A DNA stretch of 64,000 nucleotides, from positions 248,001-312,000 of the forward strand of contig NW_026948140.1 in NCBI RefSeq assembly GCF_963921235.1. Direction: 5' to 3'. Under the pieces are notes generated by a model. It worked only from the letters and a program-made list of their open reading frames with translations. It was not told where the DNA came from and did no database searches. The translations under genes and the position numbers were made by a program. How positions within the stretch are numbered: position 1 is the stretch's first letter; every line of letters starts with the position of its first letter. The DNA is from Mobula hypostoma (lineage: Eukaryota). Shown piece after piece: positions 38,654-52,784 of this stretch.

Positions 38654-40567
38654 AACATCAGCAAGATCTTGGGGTCCATGTTTATAGGTCACTCAAAGCT
38701 GCTGCGCAGGTTGACAGTGTTGTTAAGAAGGCAATTGATGTGATGCCCTTCATTAACCATGGGATTGAGTTCAAGAGCTGTGAAGAGAGTACTGCCTCAG
38801 TTCTGGTCTTCTCAGTACAGGAAGGATGTGGAAACTATAGAAAGGGTGCAGAGGAGATTTACAAGGATGTTGCCTGGATTGGGGAGCATGTCTTATGAGA
38901 ACAGGCTGAGTGAACTCCGGCTTTTCTCCTTGGAGTGATGGAGGATGAGAGGTGACCTGATAGAGATGTATAAGATGATGAGAGGCATTGATTGTGTGGA
39001 TAGCCAGAGGCTTTTCCCCAGGGCTGAAATGGCTAACATGAAGGGATGTTTTGAAGTGCTTGGAAATGGGTACAAGGGGGATATCAGAGGTACGTTTTTC
39101 ACACAGAGTGGTGGGTGTGTGGAATGCACTACCAGCAACAGTGGTAGATGCAGATACAATAGGGTCTTTTAATAAACTGTTAGATAGGTATATGGAGGCT
39201 AGAAAAATAGAGGGCTATGTGGTAGGGTAATCTAGGCCGTTTCTACTGTAGTTTACATGGTCAGTACAAGATTGTGGGCTGAATGTCCTGTACTGTGCTG
39301 TACACTTCTATGATTCTCTACCCATTAATGATAGACTTTTCTGAAACTCCCAGAGTAGACTTGCTGCATGTGTTTCAATAAACAATCATACTATAGAGAA
39401 AGCAGTTTTTGAAAAAAACTTCTTTGACAGGTACATAGAGGGATTGAGGGTCTACCAGAGGCAGTATGTAGTGAGAATTTCAGAGTTGTATACTTTGATA
39501 ATAAATTAAGCTTTGAACCTTCAAGACTGCTAGCAAGGACAGGCAGTCCACGGGATGAGTTGTAATGTAAAAGGGAGACAAGGTCAAAAAAGGTGAATGC
39601 AGGATTGATGGTGTTCTATTTGAATGCATGTAGTATATGGAATAAGGTACTTGAACTTGTCGCACAGTTACAGATTGGCATCTGTGATGTTGTGGGCATC
39701 ACTGAATATTGGCTAAACAAAGACTATAGCTGGGAGCTTAACATCCAAAGAAACACGTTGTATTGAAAGGACAGACAGGTAGGCAGAAAGAGAGGGGTAG
39801 CTCTGTTGGTAAAAAATGAAATGACATCATTAGAAAAAGGTGACATAGGATCAGAAGGTGTAGAATCATTGTGGGTAGAGTTAAGAAACTACAAGTATAA
39901 AAAGACCATAATGGGAGTTGTAAGCAGACCTACAAATAGTAGCAAAGATGTGGTCTACAACTTACAATGGGAGATAAAGATGCATGTCAAAGGACAATGC
40001 TACAGTCGTCATGGGGAATTCAATATGCAGGTAGATTGGAAAAATCAGGTTGATACTGAATCCCAAGAGGGGAATTTGTAGAATGGCTTTGAGATGGCTT
40101 TTTAGAGCAGCTTGTGGTTGAGCCCACCAGGTGATCAGCTATTTTCGATTGGATGCTGTACAATGAACAAGGAATTGAAGGCTTAAAGAGGAAGACATGG
40201 AGGAATGGTCTACAGAGTCTCTGTGGTGGAAGTTAGGAACAGGAGGGGATCAAGAACTTAACTGTGTGTTTTTTATAGACTACCCAATAGTAACAGAGAC
40301 ATTGAGGAGCAGATAGGGAGATAGATTCTGGAAAGGTGTAAGAATAACAGGGTTGTCATGGTGGGAGATTTTAATTTCCCAAATATTGATTAGCATCTCC
40401 CAAGACCTAAGGGTTTAGATGGGGTGGAGTTTGTTAGGTGTGTTCAAGAAGGTTTCTTGACACATTATGTAGATAGGCCTACAAGAGGAGGGGCTGTTTA
40501 TGATCTGGTATTGGGAAATGACCTGGTCAGGTGTCAGATCTCTCCGTGGGAGAGCATTTTGGAGATA

Positions 40568-41941
40568 CAGGTTTCCCCTGCTATCCGAAGGTAGAGCGTT
40601 CCTATGAAAGGATTTGTAAGCCCAAATGTTGTAAAGTGAATAAGCAATTACCATTTATTAATATGGGGAAATTTTTTGAGCATTCTCAGACCCAGAAAAT
40701 AACCTACAAAATCATGCCAAATAAAACATAAAACCTAAAATAATAGTACATGTAGTAAAAGCAGGAATGATATGTTAAATACACAGCCTATATAAAGTAG
40801 AAATACTTTTCTGCAGCACTGTCCAGTGCAGCGAAAATCCCGCGGAAGCGCTCTCAGCAAAAACACGGCGCAAGCGCTCACGGCAGAAACACTCTCTTCA
40901 GTAACCTTTAAGCTATGAAGCTGACAAATCATACCAAATAACACATAAAAATACACAGCCTATATAAAGTAGAAATAATGTATGTACAGCATTGTTTCAC
41001 TTACCGGAATCTGGAAGACTCCAATAAATTGCAGTTTTGTCACAGTTAAACACTTGCTTATACGAATAACCACTTGACACAATTGGCAATCGCCTCTGAT
41101 CTGGGCCGACATTTACGTGCCGGGCGGCACCTAATTAACTAGCTTGTTTATTTCGGCTTTTTTCTTAAAGATGTGCTGGGTGCGTTCTGATTACCGCTGC
41201 ACCACTGCGTCCTACGCAGCAATGTATCGGTCAGCGGCCCGGAGGTAGGGGACCACTACTTAAACTATGAAGCTGCCCTCGCCTCAGAAACCGATCCATG
41301 ACTACCTTTAAATTCCACTTTCATCACCATCGTCCAGTGCTTTCTGTTTCAGCTTTTTAAAAAGACTGACTGATTTCTCCTTAAGTATAAGAAAACTTAA
41401 CGGAACACCACGCTTTTTACGCCCATCAATCCACTCAAGCAATAGACTTTCCATTTTATCCATTATTGGTTACAGACTAAGAGAGACCACTTTGCTACGA
41501 GCAAAACCAACAGTAACATCGGCAGCTTTCAAAATTCTTTCTCTCTGCGTATGAATAGTTTGAATGGTGGACGCAGGCAAGTTCAACGTGTGGACAGTGT
41601 TCTTACTTCATTCACCACGATTGAAACACTTAATTATGTCTAGTTTTACGCTAAGTGTAACACCCTTACGAGCTCTTTTAGGTTTTTCGGATACCTTAGA
41701 ACTCATCTTGCTAATGGATGCACAAAATAAATCAAGATAAAGCGTGTGCTTAAGCAATGCCGGCTCGAATGCCGTTCCGGGGAGGAGCTTGGCTGTTCGG
41801 GCGCACGCTGCCTTTTTTCGCACGCTGCCTTTTTTTGTAACAGTGAAAACACCTTCTGTTAGCGAAAATAGGTAACTAATGTAGATCTTTCGTAACAGCA
41901 ACGTGTTGTAAAGCGAATGTTCGGAAAACAGGGGCCACCTG
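40568..41941 (-). mobile_element. Tigger/pogo-type DNA transposon, internally deleted (1374 bp)
   Basis: Imperfect TIRs caggtttcccctgctatccgaa and ttcggaaaacaggggccacctg; TA duplicated within the CR1 sequence ggagaTAgtgatcac. CENP-B-like N-terminus MSSKVSEKPKRARKGVTLSVKLDII...MESLLLEWI from 41706 down to ~41280; no DDD domain seen. Confidence 0.92.
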
Positions 41942-42437
41942 TAGTGATCACAATTCTATCTCTTTCACCATAATATTGGAGAGGGATAGGAACAGACAAG
42001 TTAGGAAAGCATTTAATTGGAGTAAAGGGAAATATGATGCTATCAGGCAGGAACTTGGAAGCATAAATTGGGAACAGATGTTCTCAGGGAAATGTACAGA
42101 AGAAATGTGGCAAATGTTCAGGGGATATTTGCGTGGAGTTCTGCATTGGTATGTTCCAATGAGACAGGGAAAGGATGGTAGGGTAGAGGAACTGTGGTGT
42201 ACAAAAGCTGTTGTAAATCTTGTCAAGAAGAAAAGAAGAGCTTGCGAAAGGTTCAAAAAACTCAGTAAAGATAGAGATCTAGAAGATTTTAAGGCTAGCA
42301 GGAAGGAGCTTAAGAAAGAAATTAAGAGAGCCAGAAGGGGCCTTGGCAGACAGGATTAAGGAAAACTCCAAGGCATTCTACAAGTATGTGAAGAGCAAGA
42401 GGACAAGATGTGAGAGAATAGGACCAATCAAGTGTGA

Positions 42438-43670
42438 CACATACGTTCGAATGCTGTTCATAGACTTCAGTTCAGCATTCAACACAATCATCCCTGAGAA
42501 ACTGATTGGCAAGCTGAGCCTACTGGGCGTGAACACCTCCCTCTGCAACTGGATCCTAGACTTCCTGACTGGGAGACTTCAGTCAGTCCAGATCGGGAGC
42601 AGTATCTCCAACACCATCACACTGAGCACGGGGAGCCCAGGGCTGTGTGCTCAGTCCACTGCTGTTCACTCTGCTGACCCACAACTGTGCTGCAACACAC
42701 AGCTTGAACCACATCATCAAGTTCGCCGATGACACGACCATGGTGGGTCTCATCAGCAAGAACGATGAGTCAGCATACAGAGAAGAGGTGCTGCGGCTGA
42801 CAGACTGGTGCAGAGCCAACAACCTGTCTCTGAATGTGAACAAGACAAAAGAGATGGTTGTTGACTTCAGGAGGACACAGAACGACCACTCTCCGCTGAG
42901 CATTGACGACTCCTCCGTAGAGATCGTTAAGAGCACCAAATTTCTTGGTGTTCATCTGGCGGAGAATCTCACCTGGTCCCTCAGCACCAGCTCCATAGCA
43001 AAGAAAGCCCAGCAGCGTCTCTACTTTCTGTGGAGGCTGAGAAAAGTCTATCCCCCACCCCCCATCCTCACCACATTCTACAGAGGTTGTATTGAGAGCA
43101 TCCTGAGGAGCTCATCACTGCCTGGTACGGAAATTGCACCATCTTGGATCGCAAGACCCTGCAGCGGATAATGAGGTCAGCTGAGAAGATCATCGGGGTC
43201 TCTCTTCCTGCCATTACAGACATTTACACCACACACTGCATCAGTAAAGCAAACAGCATTATGAAAGACCTCATGCACCCCTCATACAAACTCTTCTCCC
43301 TCCTGCCATCTGGCAAAAGGCACCGAAGTATTCGGGCTCTCACAGCCAGATTATGTAACAGTTTCTTCCCCCAAGCCATCAGACTCCTCAATACGCAGAG
43401 CCTGGACTGACACCAACCTACTGCCTTCTACTGTGCCTATTGTCTTGTTTATTATTTATTGTAATGCCTGCACTGTTTTGTGCACTTTATGCAGTCCTGG
43501 GTAGGTCTGTAGTTTGGTGTAGCTTTTGTGTTGTTTTGCGTAGTTCAGTGTAGTTTTTGTATTGTTTCATGTAGCACCATGGTCCTGAAAAACATTGCCT
43601 CGTTTTTACTGTGTACTGTACCAGCAGTTATGGTCGAAATGACAATAAAAAGTGACTTGACTTGACTTGA
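42438..43670 (+). mobile_element. Rex1/Babar LINE 3' part with (acttg)n tail
   Basis: [49 protein letters not shown]; aataaa followed by gacttgacttgacttga. Confidence 0.92.
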
Positions 43671-44013
43671 CAGAGGTTCTTAATGAGTACCTTGCTTCAG
43701 TATTCACTACGGGAAAGGATTTTGGCGATTCTAGTGTTGACTTACAGCGGACAGAAAAGCTTGAGCATGTAGATATTAAGAAAGAGGAGATTGCTGAGCC
43801 TCTGGCAATGTGCTTTGCATCATCAAAGGGAATGGGAGAGATTCCAGAGGATTGGAGAGTTGCAGATGTTGTTCCATTATTCGAGAAAGGAAGTAGAGAT
43901 AGCGTAGGAAATTATAGACCAGTGACTGAGTCTTACTTCAGTGGTTGGTAAGTTGATGGAGAAGATCCTGAGAGACAGGATTTATGAACATTTGGAGAGA
44001 CATAAAATGATTA

Positions 44014-44372
44014 GGCAAACACGAGGAAATCTGTGGATGCTGGAATTTCAAGCAACACACATAAAAATTGCTGGCGAACACAGTAGGCCAGGCAGCATCT
44101 ATAGGAAGACGTACAGTTGACTTTGGGCTGAGACCCTTCGTCAAGACTAACTGAAGGAAGAGATAGTAAGAGATTTGAACGTGGGAGGGGGAGGGAGAGA
44201 TCGGAAATGATAGTAGAGGACAGGAGGGGGAGGGATAGAGCTAAGAGCTGGAAAGTTGATTGGCAAAAGGGATATAAGAGGATCATGGGACAGGAGGCTA
44301 AGGGAGAAAGAAAGGTAGGGGAGGGAAGCCCAGAGGATGGGCAAGGAGTACAGTCAGAGGGACAGAGGGAGA

Positions 44373-44403
<31 letters not shown>

Positions 44404-47400
44404 AAATAAACAAATAAACAAACAAACAAATACATAAATAAATAACGGATGGGGTATGAGGGGGAGGTGGGGCATTAACAGAAGTTAGAGAAGTCAATGT
44501 TCATGCCATCAGGTTGGAGGCTACCCAGACGGAATATAAGGTGTTGTTCCTCCAACCTGAGTGTGGCTTCATCTTTACAGTAGAGGAGGCCGTGGATAGA
44601 CATATCAGAATGGGGATGAGATGTGGAATTAAAATGTGTGGCCACTGGGATATCCTGCATTCTCTGGCGGACAGAGCGTAGATGTTCAGCAAAGCGGTCT
44701 CCCAGTCTGCGTCGGGTCTCGCCAATATATAGAAGGCCACATCGGGAGCACCAGACGCAGTATATCACCCCAGCCGACTCACAGGTGAAGTGTCGCCTCA
44801 CCTGGAAGGGCTGTCTGGGGCCCTGAATGGTTGTGAGGGAGGAAGTGTAAAGGCATGTGTAGCACTTGTTCCACTTACAAGGATAAGTGCCGGGAGGGAA
44901 ATCAGTGGGAAGCGATGTGGGGGACGAATGGACAAGGGAGTTGCGTAGGGAGCGATCGCTGCGGAAAGCAGAGAGGCATGGAGGAAAGATGTGCTTAGTG
45001 GTGGGATCCCGTTGGAGGTGGCGGAAGTTACGGAGAATCATATGTTGGACCCGGAGGCTGGTGGGGTGGTAGGTGAGGACCAGGGGAACCCTATTCCAAG
45101 TGGGGTGGCGGGAGGATGGGGTGAGAACAGATGTGCGTGAAATGGGAGAGATGCATTTGAGAGCAGAGTTGATGGTGGAGGAAGGGAAGCCCCTTTCTTT
45201 AAAAAAGGAAGACATCTCCTTTGTCCTGGAATGAAAAGCCTCATCCTGAGAGCAGATGTGGCAGAGACGGAGGAATTGCGAGAAGGGGATGGCATTTTTG
45301 CAAGAGACAGGGTGAGAAGACGAATAGTCCAGGTAGCTGTGAGAGTCCGTCGGCTTATAGTAGACATCAGGAAGATAAGCTGTCTGCAGAGATAGAGACA
45401 GAAAGATCAAGAAAGGGGAGGGAGGTGTCGAAAATGGACCAGGTAAATGGGCGATCTGGAAGACCGTGTAAGGAATCTGGAGCAGCAGCTAGATGACCTT
45501 CGACTCATAAGGGAGAATGAGGCAGTCATAGATGAGAGCTACAGGGAGGTAGCCACACCTAGGCTGTCGGAAGCAGGTCGTTGGGTGACAGTCAGAGGGG
45601 GGAAAGTGAAGGGGGGGAAAGTGAAGGTGAGCAGACAGGTAGTGCAGAGCACCCCTGTAGCCATTCCCCTGAATAATAAGTTTATCGTCTTGGATACTGT
45701 TGGCGGGGACGACCGACCAGGTGTGAGCCATGGTGGCAGGGCCTCCGGCACTGAGTCTGACCCTGTGGTGCAGAAGGGTGGCACGAAGAAGATGAAAGCT
45801 GTCGTCATTGGAGACTCTATAGTCAGGGGAGCAGACAGGAGATTTTGCGGACGTGAGAAGGACACCCGCATGGTTTGTTGCCTCCCGGGTGCCAGGGTCC
45901 CGGATGTCTCTGACCGGGTGCATGACATCCTGGTACGAGAGGGAAAGCAGCCAGAAGTCGTGATATATCTTGGGACCAACGACAGAGGCAGGAAGAGGTA
46001 TGACGTCCTGAAGTGTGAGTTTCGGGAACTTGGCAGAAGGCTGAAGAACAGGATCTCAAGGGTGGCGTTCTCAGGATTGCTGCCAGTGCTACGTGACAGT
46101 GATGGTAAGAATTGGAGGAGATGGCAGTTGAATGCGTGGCTGAGGAGTTGGTGCAGGGAGCAGGGTTTTAGATTTTTAGATCATTGGGATCTCTTCTGGG
46201 GAAGGTGGGGCCTGTACAGATTGGATGGGTTGCATCTGAACTCGAGGGGGAGCAATATCTTTGCAGGTAGGTTTGCTAGCATGGTTCGGAAGGGTTTAAA
46301 CTAATTTGCAAGGGGGATGGGACCCAGAGCGATAGAGCAGTGAAAGAAGTGCATGGAGTAAAGCCAGATCTAACATACAGAGAGGCTTTGAGGAAAGAGA
46401 AGCAGAATAAACGGTGTAAAGACAGTAAGGTAGAAGGGCTGAAATGTGTGTACCTCAATGCAAAAAGCATCAGGAACAAAGGTGATGAACTGAGAGCTTG
46501 GATACATACATGGAATTATGATGTAGTGGCCATTACAGAGACTTGGCTGGCACCAGGGCAGGAATGGATTCTCAATATTCCTGGATTTCAGTGCTTTAAA
46601 AGGGATAGAGAGGGCGGAAAAAGGGGAGAAGGGGTGGCATTACTGGTCAGGGATACTATTACAGCTTCAAAAAGGGTGGGTAATGTAGCAGGATCCTCTT
46701 TTGAGTCAATATGGGTGGAAGTCAGGAACAGGAAGGGAGCAGTTACTCTACTGGGGGTATTCTATAGGCCACCTGGTAGCAGCAGAAATACAGAGGAGCA
46801 GATTGGGAGGCAGATTTTGGAAAGGTGCAAAAATAACAGGGTTGTTATCATGGGTGACTTTAACTTCCCTAATATTGATTGGCACCTGATTAGTTCCAAG
46901 GGTTTAGATGGGGCAGAACTTGTTAAGTGTGTCCAGCATGGATTCCTATCACAGTATGTGGACAGGCCGACCAGGGGGAATGCCATACTAGATCTAGTAC
47001 TAGGTAATGAACCGGGTCAGGTCACAGATCTCTCAGTGGGTGAGCATCTGGGGGACAGTGACCACCGCTCCCAGGCCTTTATAATTATCATGGAACCCCA
47101 AGGCATTCTTCAATTATGTGTAGAAAAAAAGGATGACAGGAGTGAAGGTAGGACCGAGTAGAGATAAAGGTGGGAAGATGTGCCTGGAGGCTGTGGAAGT
47201 GAGCGAGGTCCTCAATGAATACCTCTCTTCAGTATTCACCAATGAGAGGGAACTTGATGATGGTGAGGACAATATGAGTGAGGTTGATGTTCTGGAGCAT
47301 GTTGATATTAAGGGAGAGGAGGTGTTAGAGTTGTTAAAATACATTAGGACAGGTAAGTCCCCGGGGCCTGATGGAATATTCCCCAGGCTGCTCCAAGAGG

Positions 47401-49668
47401 CGAGAGAAGAGATTACTGAGCCTCTGGCTAGGATCTTTATGTCCTCGTTGTCCACGGGAATGGTACCGGAGGATTGGAGGGAGGCGAATGTTGTTCCCTT
47501 GTTCAAAAAAGGTAGCAGGGATAGTCCGGGTAATTATAGACCAGTGAGCCTTACGTCTGTGGTGGGAAAGCTGTTGGAAAAGATTCTTAGAGATAGGATC
47601 TATAGGCATTTAGAGAATCATGGTCTGATCAGGGACAGTCAGCATGGCTTTCTGAAGGGCAGATCGTGTCTAACAAGCCTGATAGAGTTCTTTGAGGAGG
47701 TGACCAGGCATATAGATGAGGGTAGTGCAGTGGATATGATCTATATGGATTTGAGTAAGGCATTTGACAAGGTTCCACACGGTAGGCTTATTCAGAAAGT
47801 TAGAAGGCATGGGATCCAGGGAAGTTTGGCCAGGTGGATTCAGAATTGGCTTGCCTGCAGAAGGCAGAGGGTGGTGGTTGAGGGAGTATATTCATATTGG
47901 AGGATTGTGACTAGTGGTGTCCCACAAGGATCTGTTCTGGGACCTCTACTTTTCGTGATTTTTATTAACGACCTGGATGTGAGGGTAGAAGGGTGGGTTA
48001 GCAAGTTTGCAGATGACACAAATGTTGGTGGTGTTGTAAATAGTGTAGAGGATTGTCAAAGATTGCAGAGAGACATTGATAGGATGCAGAAGTGGGCTGA
48101 GAAGTGGCAGATGGAGTTCAACCCGGAGAAGTGTGAGGTGGTACACTTTGGAAGGATAAACTCCAAGGCAAAGTACAATGTAAATGGCAGGATACTTGGT
48201 AGTGTGGAGGAGCAGAGGGATCTCGGGGTACATGTCCACAGATCCCTGAAAGTTGCCTCACAGGTGGATAGGGTAGTTAAGAAAGCTTATGGGGTGTTAG
48301 CTTTCATAAGTCGAGGGATAGAGTTTAAGAGTCGCGATGTAATAACGCAGCTCTATAAAACTCTGGTTAGGTCACACTTGGAGTACTGTGTCCAGTTCTG
48401 GTCACCTCACTATAGGAAGGATGTGGAAGCATTGGAAAGGGTACAGAGGAGATTTACCAGGATGCTGGCTGGTTTAGAAAGTATGCATTATGATCAGTGA
48501 TTAAGGGAGTTAGGGCTTTACTCTTTGGAGAGAAGGAGGATGAGAAGAGACATGATAGAGGTGTACAAGATAATAAGAGGAATAGATAGAGTGGATAGCC
48601 AGCGCCTCTTCCCCAGGGCACCACTGCTCAATACAAGAGGACATGGCTTTAAGGTAAGGGGTGGGAAGTTCAAGGGGGATATTAGAGGAAGGTTTTTTAC
48701 TCAGAGAGTGGTTGGTGCGTGGAATGCACTGCCTGAGTCAGTGGTGGAGGCAGATACACTCGTGAAGTTTAAGAGACTACTGGACAAGTATATGGAGGAA
48801 TCTAAGGTGGGGGCTTATATGGGAGGCAGGGTTTGAGGGTCGGCACAACATTGTGGGCCGAAGGGCCTGTACTGTGCTGTACTATACTATTCTATCTTCT
48901 ATGTTCTATGTTCTATGTTCTATAAACTTGAGGGCAGGGTGAAAGTTGGAGGCAAAGTTAATGAAGTCAACGAGCTCAGCATGTGTGCAGGAAGCAGCGC
49001 CAATGCAGTCGTTGATGTAGCGAAGGAAAAGTGGGGGACTTATACCAGTACAGGCTTGGAACAAGGATTGTTCCACAAAGCCAACAAAAAGGCAGGCATA
49101 GCTGGGACCCATACGGATGCCCATGGCTACACCTTTATTTTGGAGGAAGTGGAAGGAGCCAAAGGAGAAATTATTGAGAGTAAGGACTAATTCCGCTGGA
49201 CAGAGCAGAGTGGTGGTAGAGGGGAACTGGTTAGGTTTGGAATCCAAAAAAAAGCAAACAGCTTTGAGATCTTCCTGGTGGGGGGTGGAAGTATATAGGG
49301 ACTGGACATCCATGGTGAAAATAAAGCGGTGGGGGCCAGGGAACTTAAAATCATCAAAAAAATTCAGAGTGTGAGAAGTGTTACGAACATAGGTAGGAAG
49401 GATTGAACAATGGGGTATAAAACAGTGTCGAGGTATACAGAAATGAGTTTGGTGGGGCAGGAGCAAGCTGAGACAATGGGTCTGCCTGGACATGCAGGTT
49501 TATGGATCTTGGGCAGGAGGTAGAAACGGGAAATGTGGGGTGTGGGAACTATAAGGTTGGTAGCAGTGGAGATCTTACTCCAGTGGATGGGAGATCCCCT
49601 GAGCGGATAAAGTTGGTGATGGTGTGGGAGACAACGGGTTGGTGCTCCTTAGTGGGGCACCAATTTTT
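44014..49668 (-). mobile_element. Penelope-like element B (44014-45447 plus 48923-49668), split by CR1-A
   Basis: ORFs 48906-49493 (RT core) and 44475-45410 (thumb, Cys linker, GIY-YIG); TSD ataaaatgatta at 44002-44013 and 49669-49680; decayed hammerhead at ~44114-44148. Confidence 0.94.
45448..48922 (+). mobile_element. CR1 subfamily A, near full length, with ~0.4 kb internal deletion
   Basis: ORF1 45447-46304, APE 46340-47093, RT 47133-48500; TSD taaa at 45444-45447 and 48923-48926. Confidence 0.95.
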
Positions 49669-52600
49669 ATAAAATGATTAAGAATAGTCAGCATGACTTT
49701 GTGAAAGGCAAGTCGTGCCTTACAAGCCTGATTGAATTTTTTGAGGATGTGATCAAACACATTGAGGAAGGTAGAGCAGTAGATGTCATGTATATGGATT
49801 TCAGCAAGGCATTTGACAAGGTACCCCATTCAAGACTGATTGAGAAAGTAAAGAGGCATGGGATCCAAGGGGATATTACTTTGTGGATCCAGAACTGGCT
49901 TACCCACAGAAGGCAAAGAGTGGTTGTAAATGGGTCATATTCAGCATGGAGGTCAGTCACCAGTGGTGAGCCTCAGGGATCTGTTCTGGGACCCCTACTG
50001 TTCGTGATTTTTATAAATGACCTGGATGAAGAAGTGGAAGGATGGGTTAATAAATTTGCTGATGACATACAAAGGTTGGGGCTGTTGTGAATAGTGTGGA
50101 GGGTTGTCAGAGGTTACAGCGGGATATTGATAGGATGCAAAACTGGGCTGAGAAGTGGCAGATGGAGTTCAACCTAGATAAGTGTGAGGTGGTTCATTTT
50201 GGTAGGTCAAATATGATGGCAGAATATCATATTAATTGTAAGACTCTTGGCAGTGTGGAAGATCAGAAGGATCTTGGGGTCCGAGTCCATAGGACACTCA
50301 AAGCTGCTGTGCAGGTTGACTCTGTGGTTAAGACAGCATAAAGTGCATTGGCCTTCATCAATCAGGGAATTGAATTTGGGAGCTTTGAGGTAATGTTGCA
50401 GCTACATAGGACCCTGGTCAGACCCCACATGGAGTACTGTGTTCAGTTCTGGTCGCCTCATTATAGGAAGGATGTGGAAACTATAGAAAGAGTGCAGAGG
50501 AGATTTACAAGGATGTTGCCTGGATTGGGGAGCATGTCTTATGAGAATAGATTGAGTGAACTCAGCCTTTTCTCCTTGGCGATGGAGGATGAGAGGTGAC
50601 CTGACAGAGGGGTATAAGATGATGAGAGGCATTGATTGTGTGGATAGTCAGAGACTTTGTTCCAGGGATGAAATGGCTAGCATGAGAGGGCACGGTTTTA
50701 AGGTGCTTAGAAGTAGGTACAGAGGGGATGTCAGGGGTAAGTTTTTTTACACAGAGAGTGGTGAGTGCGTGGAATGGGCTGCCAGCGACGGTGGTGGAGG
50801 CGGATATGATAGGGTCTTTTAAGACTACTGGACAGGTATATGGAGTTCAGAAAAGTGGAGGGCTCTGGGTAACCTTAGGTAATTTCTAAGGTAAGGACAT
50901 GTTCAGCGCAGCTTTGTGAGCCGAAGGGGCTGTATTGTGCTGTAGGTTTTTTATGTTTCTATGTTTCTATGTAAACGAACCCTTAGGGGCCAGTGATCAT
51001 AATATGATAGAATTCACTCAATTTGTGATGGAGAAACTAAAGTCAGATGTTTCGGTATTACAGTGATGTAAAGGGAATTACAGAGGCGTGAGAGAGGACC
51101 TGGCCTAAGCTGATGGAAAGGAACATTGGTAAGGATCACAGCGGAGCAGCAATGGCTGGAGTTTCTGGCAGCAATTCGGGAGGCACAGGATAAGTAAACA
51201 AAAAACCAACAGAAGGCAAATTTAAAAAGTCATAAATAAGGAAAAGATGGAATACGAAGGTAATCTAGCAATAATATTAATGAGGATACCAAAAGTTTCT
51301 TCAGATATGTAAAGTGTGAAAGAGAGGCGAGAGTAGATATGGGTGTGCTGGAAAATTATCTTGGAGAGTTTCCTTTACAGGTCAAGGAAATGGTGGATGA
51401 ACTGAATACGTATTTTGCATCAGTCTTCACTGTGGAAGACAATGGCAGTATGCCTGAAGTTTGAGAGTGTCATGTGGCAGTATTGAGTAAAGTTTTCATT
51501 ACTAGTTCTGATGTTAGATAAGTCACCTGCACCAGATTGTCTATACCCCAGGGTACTGAAAGAGGTGGATGAAGAGATTCTGGAGGCATTAATAATGCTC
51601 TTTCAAGAACCAATGGATTCTGGTGTTGTTCTGGTGAACTGAAAAATTGCAAATATCATTCCAATCTTCAAGAAGGGAGAGAGGCAGAAGAAAGGAAATT
51701 ATAGGACAGTTAGTCTGATCTCAGTGCTTGGGAGGATGTTTGAGTCAATCGTTGAGGATGTGGTTTTGGAGAAGAGGCATACGTTAAGGTAGGCTGACGT
51801 CAGCATGGTTTCCTCAAGGGAAAACCCTGCCTCACAAAACAGTTGAATTTTTTGATGCAATAACAAGCAGACTAGACAAAGGAGAATTTGTAGATGTAGT
51901 GTATTTGAATTTTCAGAATGCCTTTGACTAGGCACTGCACATGAGGCTGCTTAGAAAGATAAGAGCCCATCGTATTATAGGAAAGGTACTAGAATGGATA
52001 GAGCATTGGCTATTTGGGAGGAGGCAAAGAATGGTAATAAAGGGAGCCTTTCCTGATTGGCTGCTAGTGACTACTGGTGTTCTACTGGGGTCTGTGTTCC
52101 TTTTACGTTATATGTCAATGATTTGGATGATGGAATTGAAGGTTTCGTGGCCAAGTTTGCAGATGATATGAAGATTGGTGAAGGAGCAGGTCGTGTTGAG
52201 AAAGTAGAGGGGCTGCAGAAGGACTTAGCCAAATTAGAGTAGGTAAAGTAGTGTCAGATGAATACAGTGTGGGGAAGTGTATGGTCATGCACTCTGGTAA
52301 AAGAAATAAAAGTGTAGAGTATTTTCTAAGTGGTGAGAAAATTTAAAAATCTGAAGTGTAAAGGGACTTGGGAATCCCTTAAGGTTAATTTGCAATTTGA
52401 GTCAGTCGGTGGTGAGGAAGGCAAATATAATGTAAACATTCATTTTGAGAAGAACAGCATATAAATGCAAGGATGTAATGTTGATGCTTTATAGTGAGGC
52501 CTCACTTGTAGTATTGTAAGTAGTTTTGGGTCCCTTATCTAAGAAAGAGTGTGCTGATATTGGAGTGGGTTCAAAGGAGATTGACAAAAATGATTCCATA

Positions 52601-52784
52601 TGAAGAGCATTTGATGGTCCTGAACCTGTATCACTGGAATTCTGAAGAATGTTGGGGGACCACATTGAAACCTATCGAATGTTGAAAGATCTCAATAGAG
52701 TGGATCTGGAGAGGATGTTTCCATTGGTTGGTATGTTTAAGACTAGAAGATACAGCCTCAGAATAGAGGGATGTCCATTTAGAG

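Larger units (their letters stand above)
28920..39320 (+). mobile_element. CR1 (B-like) host in three pieces: 28920-29105, 36196-37249 and 38654-39320
   Basis: ARKELKNEI...KENPKLFY resumes as GPIRC...MCMELEEV after the Nimb insertion; RT ORF 36777-37154; 3' end in ORF 38945-39172. Confidence 0.8.
40186..50971 (+). mobile_element. CR1 subfamily B, host to Tigger, Rex1 and Penelope insertions
   Basis: Collinear pieces 40186-40567, 41942-42437, 43671-44013 and 49669-50971; RT ORF 49674-50090; (tttctatg)n tail. Confidence 0.85.
39500..52780 (+). mobile_element. Old CR1 outer host in two pieces (39500-40185 and 50972-52780)
   Basis: APE remnant (ORF 39806-40081) breaks at gcttaa and resumes as gaacccttagg...agtgatcat at ~50977; decayed RT follows. 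Confidence 0.7.

Noticed and set aside
42343..42732. Chimeric CR1-Rex1 ORF (similarly the CR1-Nimb ORF at 28887-29498)
   Set aside because: These are insertion junctions; the host CR1 resumes after each insert.
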